Source: Chlorokybus atmophyticus (lineage: Eukaryota > Plantae > Mesostigma and Chlorokybus algae). From it: a stretch of 64,000 nt of DNA. Under the pieces are notes generated by a model. The model had not been told where the DNA came from, made no database searches, and saw nothing but the letters and a program-made list of their open reading frames with translations. The stretch covers positions 216,486 to 280,485 of the forward strand of contig RHPI01002955.1 of assembly GCA_009103225.1 (NCBI GenBank). The letters are read 5' to 3'. Shown here piece by piece: positions 25,548-36,459 of the stretch. The translations under genes were made by a program, and so were the position numbers. Position 1 is the first letter of the stretch; each line of letters begins with the position of its first letter.

Positions 25548-27590
25548 ATGGCTAGGCTGATAACGTTCGCGGCGGCGGCGGCGGCGGCGGCGGGGATGGA
25601 GGCTGCCGCATCGTCGTGGGCGTCGACGTCAGGGTCGACGCTACCTGCACGCAACAGTGACTACCTAGACCCGGCCTACTGGTGCGCAGCGTTGTGCCTG
25701 ATGTCTACTACTACACAGGCGCTGAGCAACGACAAAACGGGATAATGACAGCTCATGTGATGTTTGATACGATCAACAGTAACAAGACTAACTGCACCAC
25801 CCACAAAACAACAACAACAAAGCAATAGCTACCAACGATCCAGTTCGCCATCGTCGTGACACGTGGCGATAGGTTTATTGTTACCAGGTGGTGCAGTGTG
25901 GCCTTGGGCGAAGCCGATGCGTGTGTGCATGCCATCTTTGGGCGTGCGCTGAGCTGAGAGTCACACACACACACTCTCTGTCGGTGCAATGCATGCGCAC
26001 TCGTCCACATTTGACACAGCATAATGTGTGTATGTGATGATGGAGACAGGGACGAGCGCTTCGGGTCTGAGGACGAGCACGAGTGGTTTGGCGGTTACGG
26101 CGCCTTCTCCCACCTCATCCGCGCGCACGCACCCCCTCCTTCCTCCAACCCAAAGGCAAATCCGACACTGCTGCTTTCCATGCTCACGATGAGACACAAC
26201 ACCCGCATACCCACGCACACACCCAACACGCGCACGTGCAGGTGCTCGTGGTTGGTTGCGGCAACTCGCGCGTGAGCGCAGAGATGACGGACGCGGGGTA
26301 CGCGGACGTCACGAGCACGGACCTGTCGCCCGTCGTCATACGGCGCATGCGAGAGAAGCACAGACACACGCACCCAGGCAAGGGGGCACACGCTTCGTAT
26401 CGTGATAAACGGATGCCATCCTGGCACTGCATGTGGCACGTGCGCTCTCGTGCGGCAAGCGTGCGTGCGTGCGCCTGTACATGTTTATGCGCTTGTATTT
26501 GAGTGGAGATGCGTCGCATGTGCACAGCTTGCGTCACGCGTGCATGTGCGTGTGTGCATGCATATGTGGATGCGAGCGCGCACATCTCCGTGTCATCGAG
26601 TGCAGAGCAAGCATTTGCTTCGCGCTTCAAGCCACATGACTGCCAGCAGCCGAGTACCTGGCAGATGCGCGTACGCCACAGCTATGGTTATTTACATGCA
26701 TGCACTGAAAGCTGTCACGTGTTGAGATTGCACATGTGGTGGTGACCTGCAGACAACATAACACACGAACGCACGCACGCACACGCAGGCTTGAAGTGGC
26801 ATGTGGCTGACATGCTCGATCTGCCCTTTGGCGACGCTACCTTTGACGTTGTGATCGAAAAGGGTGCCATGGTGAGAACACAAAGTCACATAACACTTGC
26901 ATGTGCACAGTGCCATCAACACGTCATCAACATGTGTGACTATGTCTCCACACAGGACGTGTTGTTTGTGGACAATCGTAGCCCGTGGGACCCGAGTGCA
27001 GCCGTGCTCGAGCGTGTTGACCGGATGCTGTCATCGATCCACCGCGTGCTCGCGCCTGACGGAGTGTTCGTATCCATCACCTTCGCGCAGGTAAGCATGT
27101 ATACATCATGCGCAGGTGCATGTGTGCGTGGATACAATGTGAATGGCATGTGACGTACATGCAGCCGCATTTCCGGAAGCCTTTGTTTCTGCGCAAACGG
27201 GCACACGAGGAGGGGGGACATGGGTGGAGCGTGCGGTGGGACACATTCGGGGAGGGGTTGCAGTACTTCTTCTACTACTTACGCAAGGTACTGGTTGGTT
27301 TCACGGGTAACACCATGCGTTGAAGATGCTACTATGTTTGTAAGCATGCAACCTCAACACTGCATTGTATGTGTAGAGATGTTATGAACAGATTCATGTT
27401 CGAGAACTTGCATGGTGTTGGTTATTTGACGTGACTAGATATTTTGTCGTAGGGTGTGCAGGAAACAGATGGTGGTGACCAAAATGGTGTGCTAAAGATG
27501 ACGAGTTATACGCACGCGGAGTCGTTGGAGCATGCTTACATGGATAACGAAGACTATCTTGGGCACATTATGGTGGATGATGGAGGATGA
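25548..27590 (+). CDS. EEF1A lysine methyltransferase 4-like (EEF1AKMT4 / ECE2 N-terminal type) SAM methyltransferase
   Basis: LPARNSDYLDPAYW, DERF..EDEHEWFGGY, VLVVGCGNSRVS, WHVADMLDLPFGDATFDVVIEKG, HRVLAPDGVFVSITFAQPHFR and FGEGLQYFFY. ATG at 25548 or 25596; TGA at 27588-27590. Confidence 0.88.
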
Positions 27591-28288
27591 TGGACGGTAT
27601 GTGTGTATAGAATTAGCATTGTGCTATGTCGTGTACTATGCATAGCCCTAGCTCTCGCGCGCCCTCGCCGGAATACATGCGCACACACCTGATTGCCCCG
27701 AATGGCAGGCTCTACTTTTGTCGTATAACATGTAAGCAATTGTAACGTGTGCCATGCATGGTTGCATACACAACTTTGAAAGTTTGCTCATGTGACGTGC
27801 ACCAGCAAAGAAGCCTGACATGCTGGCTGGCCAATAGCACGAGCGGACATGCCTCAACAGCCGAGTCAATAAGCAATGCAGACCCAACAGAATTGCAGCT
27901 CAGACAGCCTCGCACACCATGTGTGCACATGACACCACTGACCCAAGTGTGTATTGTACACTCGACAGTGCTACAAAGCTCAGCTGCAAAGGCCTGAAAC
28001 AGCAATCCCACAATTGGACGGCAGGCACTGTGTCACAAGGTCATCAGTTCACAAGACCTGCAATACTGTGCAGCACAGAAAACTGCAACCCAAGCTGACA
28101 CCAAGGAGTATTGCTCATAGTAGCAGGTCATAACCTTAGTTCTGCGCCCTTTGCTATGGCTGGCGATCTCTTTTACCCTACAAAGTGCTTCACTCAATCA
28201 TACCCAATACGCGAGATGCCTTACTCAAAGGCCACCTCACTTCAACACACCAACAACCCAAAAAGACAAGCACTGCCTGAGCAGCACT

Positions 28289-30083
28289 TCAGTCATCCAT
28301 GGACTCGTAATCCTCACCACCATCTGCGCTGTCATCCTCGTCCTCAAACTCATCATCATCATTGGTCTGCATGTCCCCATAGCCATCCTGGTTAACATCC
28401 ACAGCGTGAAGGCGCGCATCGTCCTCGGCTTCGAGCACAAACTTGGGCAGCTGATGTTCAATGTTGTGTTTGGCAAACAATGTCCTCATCTCCAGGTTGA
28501 GTGGCCTGAAGAAGTCCCTCAACGCCCTGTCCGTGGCGGGAGAGATGTCGGGTGGGGGACACCTGTGATGTTGGGATGCGGCATTCTGGTGCAGAACCTC
28601 CTCGACAATGGGTGTCTCATAGGGTATGTTGAGGAAGTCCATCACACGTTGGGCGGTGCGGGCACTTCCTTCAGGTGTCTCCAGCTCCCGAAAGTCCACA
28701 ACGAGGAATTGTTGTGCCGGCGGGAAGAGGCGGAACCACTGTTCGAGTTGGAGGACATACCAAGAAGCAAAGAACGGGTTGTCGAATGGCGGGGGCGCAT
28801 TCATGCCACACTCGAGGTATATCTGCTGCTTGGACAGGTGCTCATGGTTCTCTATGCATGCTTTTGCTGCGGGGAGAGCTTGAGCCACCCACTCGTCGAA
28901 CGTGGTCTCGCACTCTATGTGCCAGGTCCAACGGCCGATGTGGTGGAACCAAGAAAGGAGGCGTGTGACGGGGTCGCGAAGAGACACGAGGAATTTTAGA
29001 TCTTCATGGAAGCCGAAGCGAGCGTAGTGGGCGCCGATTTCGAGTGGAGCGCTGAGAAGACGCATGTAGGATGGAGTACCGTCCATCACGTACTTCACCG
29101 GCTGCACATGACAAGAGAGTGTTGATGTATGTGGGTGGGTGGGTGGGTTGTGTCAGAAAAAACAGAAATGAACAATGCCGAGTATCAACACAGTATATGT
29201 GCGCAGACACGCGCACGCTTACGAGAGCGAGGACCCAGCCAGATTATGCGCGTATGTATACCCACCCACCAACACGCAATAGTCGTGCAACAATGCACTG
29301 GAAAGAAGAAAAACAAAGGCATCTGTTCAATGACGATTACCTCCTCGGCGATGATAGGGTCGTCGCATGAGGGGTACTTCTGTGAGTACTGGTCGAACCA
29401 CTCGTTGGTGTCCAGCCAGGCGTGTGGTTCGTCGATGAAGTGCATCTCCTTCGTGGTGTTTGCCACGTAGCCCTTGCCGTAGAGTGGGCTGACCATGTAG
29501 CCGTGCACTGTCGTGGACCCGCACTTCTGCCCGCCGATCAGGAACACGCTAGGCACTGCCCTCCCGTTGTAGCAAAGCACACCACTCTCCTTCTTTTCTA
29601 CAACACCCGCCAGGGCCCTTGGCAAGGCCCGCGCCAGCTGGTAGCTGCACACATAGATGTGCATGTGCATGTGAGCTTGCATACGCATGCACACGTGTGT
29701 GTGCATACCCTTGTATGCGCATGCAAACACGCGTGCCTGCGCGCGCTATTTGTATGAGTGCGCATGCATAAGTGTGTGAGTGTACACGTTTGTGCGCGTG
29801 CGGCGTGCGCGCGTGTGCGGCTGTGCCTGCGTATGCATGTGTGTACTTTTGACAATGCTGCTGGGTTTGTATGTAGGTGCATGCCAGCTGCTCAAGAAGG
29901 TATGACACAACGACCAAGGCACAGCCCTTACCTCTGCTGCTCTGAGCTGGTGCTGCGCAGGAGGCGGCGGCTGTCATGGCCTACATTAGAGGCGGCAGAG
30001 CTGGTGGAGCAGACCACACCAAGAAGGAGGAGCAGCAGGCTGGCGGCAGCAGCCCGGGCAGGGTGCCGCTTATTGTGTGCCAT
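28289..30083 (-). CDS. PAPS-dependent sulfotransferase resembling heparan-sulfate sulfotransferase catalytic domains, with an N-terminal signal anchor
   Basis: 5'-PSB motif FLIGGQKCGSTT, KEMHF, DGTPSY, 3'-PB motif LRDPVTRLLSWF and YVLQLEQWFRLFP; hydrophobic N-terminus and acidic tail; three exons. Confidence 0.88.
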
Positions 30084-31696
30084 TGGCGTGAGTGTGGAGC
30101 AATCGGACCAGCTGGCAATACTGATCAAAGAGAGAGTTGGACAAGACGAGTCAGCACATTTGCTTGCTTGCTTGCTGGTTTGCCAACCGAAGTCAAAACA
30201 AGCAGCACCCAGATAAGCTTGCAACCAGCGAGCTTGTCACTTGCCCCTGGCCTGGTCTCCTGCACTGACTGACCTTCCGAGCAGTGTCCTTGCGCCGGCG
30301 CCAGCACCGACCGCCTAGCCAATGAGGCCAGGCTGGCCCCTCGTCGACTCTAGCGCCGCATGCCTTCCTGCGGCGCAGCAGGAGAGAGACAGCATGCACC
30401 AGCCGCCGTGAGAGGAGAGGAGAAGAGAGCAAGTCAAGCCGCCTCAGCCGAGTGAGTGACTCCTCAGGCAGCAGCAGCTCTTACTAATCCTGTTCAATTA
30501 AACAACGCCTGCCAGCAGGCTCTCTCGCCCCGCACCGACGACGCTGACGATGCCCACCACGCCGCCGTCGCAAGCAGGTGAAGCTTTGCGGCAAGTCTAC
30601 TCTGTGTACTGAGGCTAGCCTACTCTGTGGTCAGTCTCGCAGCCAGCCTACGACTGGACTGGGCTTTGCCGGCGTGCGTGCGTGCGTGCGTGCGTGCGTG
30701 CTGATTGACGGACATATCCACGCACGGCCACTCACCCTCAGGATCAATGAGCGCCCTGTGTTAGGCCTGGCGAGTGTCGGGGGATCGATCGGCGGCGCGA
30801 GGTCGAGGTCGACTAGCGACGGCATAATATTGGCCGGGGATCGTGACCCGCGGCCGGCACCCCGCCGGCCGAGCGGCTGACCGCGTCGGCGGAAGGCAGC
30901 GCCGACGAGCTGCGCCGACCGGCATGTATGTCACGCCTACAAGGCAAGGCATCTCACTCTGAACTACTTACTTTGGGTAGCAAGTCGGGCTGTGTGAAGA
31001 TTCCGCTTCATGAGCATGTGTAGTGCTTGTGAGTCTCATGCATAACCTACCCATGAGCCCATACGCCCTTGGGTATGTTGAACTGCACGAGTGAGGTGCT
31101 CCGTGCCCATGTAACATGGCTTGGCCGGTGTCACATCCATGTGACACAATCACCTGGTGTTGCCATGCAGCAGACCTGAGATAAAGGATGAGATTGCCTT
31201 GTCCTGATCGGTCAACACAGATATGGAAGGCATGGAGCCTTACCATTGGTTGTGCTAGGTTGAACAGCAGCAAGGGGGAGTACTTAGGTGGTGCAAACGT
31301 TGTGTTAAGCAACAAAGCCCGAGTGGATTTACTCTACTCTTGTGTGTGTGGGGTGTGTATCCGAAATTTTAAAAAGGCCCTCCCCCAATCCTGTGTGAGG
31401 TGGTTATCGACAACACTTGGTAAGCGTTGGCATTTGTTCGTGAAGTTTGCTACACACCCCGACAGGTAAGTGTGTACAGGCGTCATAATATATGCTTGTA
31501 TATATGTATATCTTGACATAAAACTGTAGACACATATACCTCACATTGATAACTGATTATTTCAATGTGAATAATATTTAACAGTACACACATAGTTTTG
31601 AATATCTAAGTTGATGACAATAAGAATAATAACAATAGTAATGAGTTTTTAAAGTAACAACATATAGCATACATGTATGTATATATGTATACATAC

Positions 31697-31722
31697 GTGT
31701 GTGTGTGTGTGTGTGTGCGTGC

Positions 31723-31757
<35 letters not shown>
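31697..31757. repeat. (GT)n/(GCGT)n microsatellite
   Basis: Read directly from the sequence. Confidence 0.95.
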
Positions 31758-31759
<2 letters not shown>

Positions 31760-33147
31760 GGCTGAGGAGAGTCGAGGGTCACGCTGTTTCGAACAGCAGC
31801 AGCAGAAGACATGCTCATTACACATACTACTGCAGCATACCATAGCTGTCACGCCTAACAAGCAAAGCATGATGTCACATCCCACTCGACCACAAAAGAC
31901 TTGGTGCTTTTATGATCGATTTGTGGTAATTAAATGTACCTTCCCGTTACATTCCCCCCACTTAAGAACGCTGACGTCCTCGGTAGCTGGCTCCCATCAG
32001 CTGGGGAATCATCCTAAGGGCTGATTAGGGTCGGTCACCGGCCCCACCTCCCAAGGACCGGCCAATTTAGGCCCATACCGGTTAACGCGCGCATAGCGCA
32101 CCGCTGCAGGCCCTACAGGTCGCATCGCGACATGCAGGTCGCGTCCTATCGCGCCAGCTGAACGCCGGCGCGACTGCCATTAGGCAAGTCGCGACCCATT
32201 GATGATGGCACTTATGACCATTTACGATGTTACTGGATCGAGAAACAACGACCACGAAATTCATGTGCAAGGCAGGAAGCAAACCCGAGTCTCAAGCTCC
32301 GATGACCAATGTCACAGCCCACTTGACCACAAAAGACTTGGTGCTTTTATGGTCAATTTGTGGTAATTTAATGTACCTTCCTGTAACAGTCAAGGCCAAA
32401 ATCTGTGATTTTCATGGCCGTTTTAGGCCTTATTTGTAAGGTACATGTTTTCAATGACTTGTGGCGGATATCGGCGAGTTATGAGTCTGCCGCGGATATC
32501 GACCGGGGCCCCAAGACCAGTCCGGAAGGTGCCAGAAAACGGAGGGCCAGTCGAGAAGGGCTCGACCAGATTTCTGGAAGGGCCTGGCGCCAAGTAGTAT
32601 AACTTGACCATATGAGCAGCAAATTAGGAGATCTTTGGTGCGTTGGAAAGGTCTAGAAGTGTACTACAAGATTCTGCAAGAATATCTTAGCTTCTAGGTC
32701 CGTCTAGCGCTAGAATCGTCTAGACAGTAGCATGTGCAGACTGGTAGGTATAAAAGTGACATTCTACAATTTGCAATACAACCTTTAGCTCCCTAGTTTC
32801 TTGTGTGCAAGCTTGGTGGTGGTTAGCAGGGGTTGCTAGCGTGTGCCCACCGGTGTGTGCTTGCTTGTGTGACGATCCAAGGCGCTACACAAGTCGGTGT
32901 GTAGCTTCGAGCGCATGCGCGTGCGTACGCGAGTGGCGGGGCGCGTGTGTGTGCTTGGCAGAGGGGGCAAGGTTCCGGTGTGAATACCGTGTCTTGGTGA
33001 GAGGGTTGTGGATTGGACCAACTCACAGGTGACAAGGCACGAGCACCGTCACAACTGGTATCGGAGCACGGTTTACGAAGGTGAGAGAGGAAGTGTGTGG
33101 GCGTTTACACTTTTCATTCGGAAGCGGAGTGTAGTGTGTTAGTGGAG

Positions 33148-34173
33148 ATGGAGGATGCTCGCATGGAAGAGCTTCAAGCTGCCATCTTGGCACTGAGGGA
33201 AGAGCTTCATCACACTCAAGCGGCGGCACAAGCACAACGCGAGGCGTATGAGCATGCGATGGCGCGTGTACAAATTCCCATGGCATCAAGCTCGCGCGTG
33301 CATGTGAAGGTGCCAAAGCCCAAGCCATTCAAGGGTCAACGTGATGGAGATGCAGTGGATGAATGGATTTTTCAAGTATCGTCTTGGTTGAAGCTCACGG
33401 AGGTGCCCACGCATCTGCACGTGGAGGTTGCAGCGACATTGCTTGAAGGTGCAGCACTTGTGTGGTGGAGGCATCGATGTACGCGTGTTGCAAACGGGTT
33501 GGCGCTACTATTGACCACCATGGAAGAGTTGGCACTGGAGGTCAGGCATCAATTTGTTCCCGTTGAGAGCGTGAAGGCCGCACGCGACAAACTTGCAGCC
33601 CTTGTGCAAATGGGGTCGGTGATGGCGTACACGGCCGCGTTTCAGCGATTGGTGATGTCCATACCCAATATGACCGAGGAGGAGCAATTGAACAGGTATA
33701 CACGTGGTTTAAAACCTTTGGGGCGTAAAGAAGTGGAGCTACGGGACCCGAAGACACTCGCGGAGGCTATACGCATCGCGGAGCGTCTCGACGCGTTGTA
33801 CTTCAAGTCCACCACAAGAAACACTGACTGGAGGCAAAGGCATGGTGATCAGCCCCGGGGAGGCTTTCAACATGCATGGAGACGAGGAGAACCAAGTTCA
33901 GCACCTGCCAATGGAGGTGGAGCTGACTCTGGGCCTGCACCAATGGAGGTGGGTGCCATACACACGCATGGAAGTGAGGCGAAGCACGGCGGACGTGGTG
34001 AAAGAGGTAAAGGTGTGCGCAAGTGTTATGCGTGTGGGTCGACGGAGCATTTGGCGTACGGATGCCCCAAACGAAGCACGCAAAGGCCAACACCGGATGG
34101 CAACCCTCGCCGTGATCGTCGCGTCAACACCATGAAGCAAAATGGCGTGGAGCAGGAAAACGACTTCCCCTAG
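33148..34173 (+). CDS. gag: Gag of the young chromovirus
   Basis: PKPKPFKG...DEW, a retrotransposon gag core, and zinc knuckle CYACGSTEHLAYGC. Confidence 0.9.
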   Translation: MEDARMEELQAAILALREELHHTQAAAQAQREAYEHAMARVQIPMASSSRVHVKVPKPKPFKGQRDGDAVDEWIFQVSSWLKLTEVPTHLHVEVAATLLEGAALVWWRHRCTRVANGLALLLTTMEELALEVRHQFVPVESVKAARDKLAALVQMGSVMAYTAAFQRLVMSIPNMTEEEQLNRYTRGLKPLGRKEVELRDPKTLAEAIRIAERLDALYFKSTTRNTDWRQRHGDQPRGGFQHAWRRGEPSSAPANGGGADSGPAPMEVGAIHTHGSEAKHGGRGERGKGVRKCYACGSTEHLAYGCPKRSTQRPTPDGNPRRDRRVNTMKQNGVEQENDFP

Positions 34174-34188
34174 TAGAAGCGAGAGGAG

Positions 34189-36459
34189 ATGGCTTTGAAC
34201 GCGCCAATGGTGGTGAGTTATGCAAACGAGGAGACAACAAAGTACTTCGGGCTTCGAGCACACATTTGCGATGACCAAGGACGATGGAGAGAGTGTAAGC
34301 TCATGATTGATAGCGGTGCCAACAGCAACTTCATGAGTATTGATATCGCGCGGCGTTACGGTTGGCTTTCGTCATTACGAGGAGGTGAAGTGAAGCTCGC
34401 TGATGGAGAGCCACCCTCTGGAGGTGATGGCGCTGCGTTTATGACCAAAGAGTTGTGCGTTCGCATTGGGAAGATGAAGGAGAGCATGCGATTTTGCTGC
34501 ATCACCCTACGGAACGGGTTTGATGGGATTTTGGGACTACCGTGGCTATGGCAACATAATCCAGCCATCAATTGGAGGAAGCGCGTGCTCACCATCGAGC
34601 GAAACGGTGGAGAGTCCATTCAAGCTGCATCGGACGTCATTGAGGCGCGGCACGCAAAATTAGGTGATACGACAATTGCCCAGATCTCTCATGTGCAATT
34701 GAGGAAGTTATTGTCTCCACGGAAGGCAAAGGCTGCATGGTTGTGCGTGGTGCGCGAAAACACTGCAAAGTCAGCACCGGAGCTGAGTGACGATGTTCAG
34801 ACGGCTACTATGGACCCCGAGGTGTGTAAACTTGTTAAAGATTACCAAGATATCATGGTGAACGGACTTCCATCTGGTCTACCACCTCCACGGAGCGTAG
34901 ACCACCGTGTGGAGCTGATCGAGGGCGTGCACAAGCCAGCGTATCGACCCGTATACAAGTTGTCACCTTTGGAACTGGAAGAGGCCGAGAGGCAGGTGGC
35001 GGACTTGCTAAAAAGAGGCTACATCAGGCCTAGTAAGTCCCCCTATGGTGCACCTATTTTGTTTGTACGAAAGAAGAACGGGAGCTTGCGCATGTGCGTC
35101 GACTACCGAGCTCTCAACAACATCACGAAGAGGAATTGCTTTCCACTCCCACGTATCGACGAGTTGCTGGAGCAATTGCAAGGTGCGCAGTACTTCACAA
35201 CACTTGATCTTGCTGGAGGTTATCACCAAATTCGCATCGCGCCCGAGGATGTGGAGAAAACAGCTTTTAACACACGTTATGGGCACTACGAGTGGTTGGT
35301 CATGTCCTTCGGACTTACAAACGCACCGGCAACATTTCAAACGCTTATAAACAGCGTTTTTGCTGACTTGATTGGTAAGGGAGTCCACGTGTACCTCGAC
35401 GACATTTTGGTGTACGCGACAACAATGGAGGAGCACGTGGCACTTCTACGGCGCGTGTTGCAGCGTTTGCGCGAACACAAGTTGTACGCCCAGCTACAGA
35501 AGTGCAAATTCTTGCTTCGAGAGGTGGAGTACCTAGGCCACATTGTGTCGCATGAAGGCATCAAGCCGGACCCCAACAAAGTGCAGGTGGTGCGCGAGTG
35601 GGCTGCCCCGACCAATGTAAAGGAGGTGATGTCCTTTTTAGGCCTTGCGGGGTATTATCGCAAGTTTATTATGGGGTTTTCGCGCATAGCTGCTCCCTTG
35701 ACTGCCCTACTCAAGAAGGGAAAGCATTGGAGCTGGTCAGCAACAGAGGAACATGCATTTGCTGCGTTGAAGAAGGCGCTGACGGAGGCACCAGTCCTGG
35801 CTCACCCCAACATGGAAAAGACATTTATTTTGGCTTGCGACGCGTCCGACACAGCCGTAGGAGCTGTTTTGCAGCAAGACCATGGCAACGGCCTTCAACC
35901 AGTAGCATTCTTCAGCAAGAAGATGAGTGGTGCGGAGCTGAAGTACCCCGTGCACGAGAAGGAACTTTTAGCGCAAGTCATGGCGCTACGACAATTGCGT
36001 TGTTTTCTTGAAGGCGACATTGTGTTACTTTGCGCGAAGCACGTCCAGGTGCGTACGGGAGTTCGCAAGCTGAATGAACGCTGGTTGGGACCATTTAAGG
36101 TCAGCAAAGTTATCTCGGACGTGGTGTACAAGTTGGAGCTACCCGACACCATGCGTGTGCACCCCGTTTTTCACGTCTCCTTTCTAAAAGCATATCGAGG
36201 ACAACCGCCAGAAAGGCCACCCCCCGAAATTGGCACGGACGGTGAACCCGAGTGGGAGGTAGAAGACATCCTTGGTGAGAAGTTTGTGCATGGCGTACGC
36301 AAGTTCTTAGTGAAATGGAAGGGCTATCCGTTGCATGAAGCATCCTGGGAGCCAGAGGCACACTTGACTAATGCTCAAGACGTTGTGCGTGCCTATCTTG
36401 CTCGACGACACCCTCGCGAGCTTCGAGGACGAAGCTCACCTGGGGGGGGAGGAGTGTAA
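34189..36459 (+). CDS. pol: Pol: protease, RT, partial RNase H, then fused to the post-integrase region and chromodomain
   Basis: LMIDSGA, LPRIDELL, YLDDIL, ACDASD...EKELLA, then directly EG|DIVLL...WLGPFKV...HPVFHVS and WEVEDIL...FLVKWKGY...SWEP. Confidence 0.92.
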   Translation: MALNAPMVVSYANEETTKYFGLRAHICDDQGRWRECKLMIDSGANSNFMSIDIARRYGWLSSLRGGEVKLADGEPPSGGDGAAFMTKELCVRIGKMKESMRFCCITLRNGFDGILGLPWLWQHNPAINWRKRVLTIERNGGESIQAASDVIEARHAKLGDTTIAQISHVQLRKLLSPRKAKAAWLCVVRENTAKSAPELSDDVQTATMDPEVCKLVKDYQDIMVNGLPSGLPPPRSVDHRVELIEGVHKPAYRPVYKLSPLELEEAERQVADLLKRGYIRPSKSPYGAPILFVRKKNGSLRMCVDYRALNNITKRNCFPLPRIDELLEQLQGAQYFTTLDLAGGYHQIRIAPEDVEKTAFNTRYGHYEWLVMSFGLTNAPATFQTLINSVFADLIGKGVHVYLDDILVYATTMEEHVALLRRVLQRLREHKLYAQLQKCKFLLREVEYLGHIVSHEGIKPDPNKVQVVREWAAPTNVKEVMSFLGLAGYYRKFIMGFSRIAAPLTALLKKGKHWSWSATEEHAFAALKKALTEAPVLAHPNMEKTFILACDASDTAVGAVLQQDHGNGLQPVAFFSKKMSGAELKYPVHEKELLAQVMALRQLRCFLEGDIVLLCAKHVQVRTGVRKLNERWLGPFKVSKVISDVVYKLELPDTMRVHPVFHVSFLKAYRGQPPERPPPEIGTDGEPEWEVEDILGEKFVHGVRKFLVKWKGYPLHEASWEPEAHLTNAQDVVRAYLARRHPRELRGRSSPGGGGV

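Noticed and set aside
28151-28999. 282-aa plus-strand ORF
   Set aside because: Antisense shadow of the sulfotransferase exon.
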